A stretch of 64,000 nt of DNA from Candidatus Ozemobacter sibiricus (GTDB lineage: Bacteria; Muiribacteriota; Ozemobacteria; Ozemobacterales; Ozemobacteraceae): assembly GCA_003327425.1 (NCBI GenBank), contig QOQW01000028.1, positions 8,703 through 72,702 of the forward strand, in the 5' to 3' direction. How positions within the stretch are numbered: the first letter of the stretch is position 1; each line of letters opens with the position of its first letter. This document shows, in pieces, positions 61,815-64,000 of this stretch. A program made the position numbers and the translations under genes. The notes beneath the pieces are model-generated. The model was not told the origin of the DNA and ran no database searches. It saw only the letters and a list, made by a program, of their open reading frames with translations.

Positions 61815-61961
61815 ATGCCGATCGATCAGGAACCCCAGGTCCTGGAATGCGATTGTGGCAATGTGTTCGAGCCCGAGGTCATCGAAGTCGACCGTACGGG
61901 CGAGCGCTGGACCAAATGCCCCAAGTGCCTCCGGAAGCTTCTGATTCCCGTCGAGAGCTGA
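61815..61961 (+). CDS. Unannotated 48-aa zinc-ribbon protein (CxC...CxxC)
   Basis: Strong RBS GGAGGGAGGTGAAGCCGA before ATG. MPIDQEPQVLECDCGNVFEPEVIEVDRTGERWTKCPKCLRKLLIPVES. Four Cys spaced as a zinc ribbon. Below the ORF-track size cutoff. Confidence 0.5.
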   Translation: MPIDQEPQVLECDCGNVFEPEVIEVDRTGERWTKCPKCLRKLLIPVES

Positions 61962-62613
61962 GCGACCGGTCCTGGTGACCGGTCAACCGATTCGTCTGGC
62001 GCCCCCGAACGGCCGCCCCACGCCGGTTCCTGGGCAGGAGTCAAGCGCTTGGTCTGGATGATGTGAACATCCAGGCTTGTTCGGCCACCTGTTCCAACCC
62101 CCGACATCCGGTGACCAGGGCTGTTCCGAGCCACCAGCCACCAGCCGGCGGCCAGGTCGAGCCAGAGGGCGCCCCAGGCGAACCACGGCAACCACGTACG
62201 CATCGGCAGAATCTTTACTGGCCAGCGCGGCAGGCCTTCCGGAGACGACGGACGTTCGCGGCTGACCGGTCGAGAGCGCGGTTGTCCGAAGGGGGCTGGG
62301 CCAGAGCGTCTTCCTGTTCACCCATCAGGGTGGATTTGATGCATACCTGTTTTGCGGTCTCGGCCCCGAGAAGGCGTTCGCTCAAGGCTTTCCGGGGAAG
62401 GCCCCCAGCGAGAGCCACCTGCTTCGGGCGGCGCGGATGACCGGAAGTGCTCTTGCTTGATGGTTTGGACGCCGTTCATGGGCCACACCTCCTCCTGGAA
62501 TGGGAGAAGGAGGCCAGGAGAAAAAGCGAGCATGGCCAACCCTGCCCTGCTCATGCAAGCATCGCGGATGCTCGAGCCTGATGGCCTGCCAGGACAGGGG
62601 GTGTGGCACGCCT

Positions 62614-62642
62614 TGCCAGCGCCTTCGCTCCTGTGGTATATT
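62614..62642 (+). promoter_or_regulatory. Sigma70-type promoter of tRNA-Leu
   Basis: TTGCCA, 17-nt spacer, TATATT. The -10 element ends 10 nt before the tRNA 5' end. Confidence 0.45.
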
Positions 62643-62652
62643 CTCGAACGCT

Positions 62653-62736
62653 GCCGGAATGGCGGAATTGGCAGACGCACGGGACTCAAAATCCCGCGCC
62701 AGCAATGGCATGTCGGTTCGACCCCGACTTCCGGCA
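62653..62736 (+). tRNA. tRNA-Leu (anticodon CAA), type II with long variable arm
   Basis: Acceptor GCCGGAA/TTCCGGC plus discriminator A. Anticodon arm CGGGA-CTCAAAA-TCCCG. Variable hairpin GCCAgcaaTGGC. T-arm GTCGG-TTCGACC-CCGAC. Followed by TTTTTCGTTTT. No encoded CCA. Confidence 0.85.
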
Positions 62737-62827
62737 TTTTTCGTTTTAGCCAGGGGGCCCGCGCCGCGGCGGGCCCGGCGGACCAGGACGGCGCCGCGAG
62801 ACGACCGAGAGGGAGAGAGACGACCCC

Positions 62828-63295
62828 ATGAAGATCTTCGATCACAAGGGCATGATGATCATCCCCAACCCCGACCAGGAGATCGCTTCCGCCAAGGAAG
62901 TCATCGTGGTCAAGAACCTCTTCTGCCCGGCCGGGCACTCGCTGATCAATCCGCGGGCCTCGTTCAACGGGCATCCCGGCATCCTGGTCCAGGTGCAGGC
63001 CCGGGCCGGTCGCGGGCTGGTCGCCCTCAGCCCGATCTATGGCGAGAAAGTGCGGGTGGCCCTCGACGTCGACCTGCAACCAGGGGAAGTGGTGAGCGTG
63101 CGCTGCCCGACCTGCGAGGTCGAACTGCCCGTGCATTCCCCCTGCTCCTGCGGGGGGCAGATCATTGCGATGTTCCTGACCACCCAGGCCAATTTCGGCG
63201 ACTCGATCGGGGTGTGCAACCGCATCGACTGTGCCAATGCCACGCTGATGGAGGCCGGCCGCCTGCTGTCGATCGCCGGCGAAGAACTGGGCTGA
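62828..63295 (+). CDS. Hypothetical Cys-rich protein (155 aa) with a putative zinc-ribbon-like C-terminal region
   Basis: RBS GAGGGAGAGAGA before ATG. Cys pattern CPAGH...CPTC...CSCGG...CNRIDC. No family recognised. Confidence 0.55.
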   Translation: MKIFDHKGMMIIPNPDQEIASAKEVIVVKNLFCPAGHSLINPRASFNGHPGILVQVQARAGRGLVALSPIYGEKVRVALDVDLQPGEVVSVRCPTCEVELPVHSPCSCGGQIIAMFLTTQANFGDSIGVCNRIDCANATLMEAGRLLSIAGEELG

Positions 63296-63486
63296 CCAGC
63301 CGCTGACCTCGACGCCGCTCCGGGCGCCCTGGTCAGCGAGTTGCTGCCAGACCTCGAGCCACACGGAGCCGACCTCTGGTCCGGCGGTGAAGGTCGTCGC
63401 GGCCAGTCGGCCTGTCGCTCGGGCGGTGGCGCGCGAGGCGCGGCTGAACCAGGGAGACGGTGCGCCCGTTGCCCCCCGTCGCTCGC

Positions 63487-64000
63487 TCAGAGCTGGACAT
63501 CATCCTTGCGGCGACGGAATTCGAGGGTCTCGCCGAACAGCAGGGCGTAGACGTCGATGGCGATCTGCAGTTCCTCGTTGGTCGGCACCACCACGATGGT
63601 GACGGGGGAATACGATTCGGAGACGATGCCCTCATGGTCGCCCACCGTCTTGTTGAGCTGGTAGTCCATGAAGATGCCGATATTCTCGAGGCGATGGCAG
63701 ATCCGCTCGCGCATCTTCACCCCGTATTGCCCGATGCCGCCCGTGAAGACCAGGATGTCCACCTTGATCAGGTTGGCGGCATAGGCGCCGATGTAGCGCC
63801 GGATGCGATAGGCATAGGTGTCGAGGGCTTCCTGGGCATGGACATTCCCCTGCTCGGCCGCCGCCTCGAGATCGCGCAGGTCGTTGGAGATGCCGGACAG
63901 ACCCAGCAATCCGCTCTTCTTGTTCAAGATGGTATTCAGCTCTTTGACGGTATACCCACGCTCCAACAGGTACAGGAGAATGGCTGGATCGAGGTCGCCG
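63487..64000 (-). CDS. ackA: Acetate (or propionate) kinase, C-terminal part; the N-terminus lies beyond the window end
   Basis: In-window translation ends ...ILVFTGGIGQYGVKMRERICHRLENIGIFMDYQLNKTVGDHEGIVSESYSPVTIVVVPTNEELQIAIDVYALL, the conserved C-terminus of the acetate/propionate kinase family. The frame stays open to the window edge. Confidence 0.7.
   Translation of the reverse strand, partial: GDLDPAILLYLLERGYTVKELNTILNKKSGLLGLSGISNDLRDLEAAAEQGNVHAQEALDTYAYRIRRYIGAYAANLIKVDILVFTGGIGQYGVKMRERICHRLENIGIFMDYQLNKTVGDHEGIVSESYSPVTIVVVPTNEELQIAIDVYALLFGETLEFRRRKDDVQL

Noticed and set aside
62318-63364. 348-aa minus-strand ORF and the 159-aa plus-strand ORF at 62352..62831
   Set aside because: Both read straight through the tRNA-Leu gene and its promoter, and the translations are low complexity.
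62653-63486. Integrated mobile element at tRNA-Leu
   Set aside because: No integrase, excisionase, phage or transposase-like gene and no duplicated tRNA 3' end downstream. The adjacent genes look chromosomal.

Overview
This is a 64 kb chromosomal window at high GC (about 68%, by eye) from a Gram-negative bacterium. A T9SS-type (type IX secretion) C-terminal sorting domain sits on a giant Ig-repeat surface protein. Together with the large number of FecR, TPR and lipoprotein genes, it points to an FCB-group (Fibrobacteres-Chlorobi-Bacteroidetes) or Gemmatimonadota-like lineage, or a related candidate phylum. I found no transposase, integrase, CRISPR array or rRNA.

Recognisable housekeeping genes are MurJ, PilT, an HU protein, a GlmS-type amidotransferase, the C-terminus of acetate kinase, and one tRNA-Leu(CAA) with a clean sigma70 promoter. 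Many long plus/minus ORFs in the supplied track are antisense shadows of real genes on the other strand.

The more unusual content, in window order:
- A translationally coupled trio (15768-19127): a 747-aa protein with a GspK-like N-terminal anchor followed by two prepilin-type pseudopilins. A TPR protein and an 845-aa lysine-rich secreted/membrane protein follow, then an orphan TadE/TadG-like pair.
- A xanthine-dehydrogenase-family operon (FAD, 2Fe-2S and Mo subunits). A histone-H1-like (AKKAAP)n gene is embedded between the subunits, and a matching ~210-aa Lys/Ala/Pro-rich N-terminal extension sits on the molybdopterin subunit.
- A small operon encoding a CxxC membrane peptide, a NapH-like polyferredoxin and a TlpA-like thioredoxin.
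- A five-gene operon with overlapping stop/start codons for a flavin/Fe-S amine dehydrogenase of the HcnABC / archaeal proline-dehydrogenase type, plus an extra BFD-like subunit.
- A CHASE2 adenylate/guanylate cyclase followed by a FecR-like protein and a stand-alone degenerate cyclase-homology-domain protein.
- An intact PilT with a proline-rich N-terminal extension, co-transcribed with a PilB/GspE-family protein. That protein keeps the MshEN-type c-di-GMP binding motifs and the Cys4 zinc site, but all four ATPase motifs are degenerate, so it is a predicted pseudo-ATPase receptor.
- An unannotated 48-aa zinc-ribbon ORF with a strong RBS.
- Several clean rho-independent terminators and candidate promoters.

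All domain calls are from reading motifs in the translations. None is from a database search.
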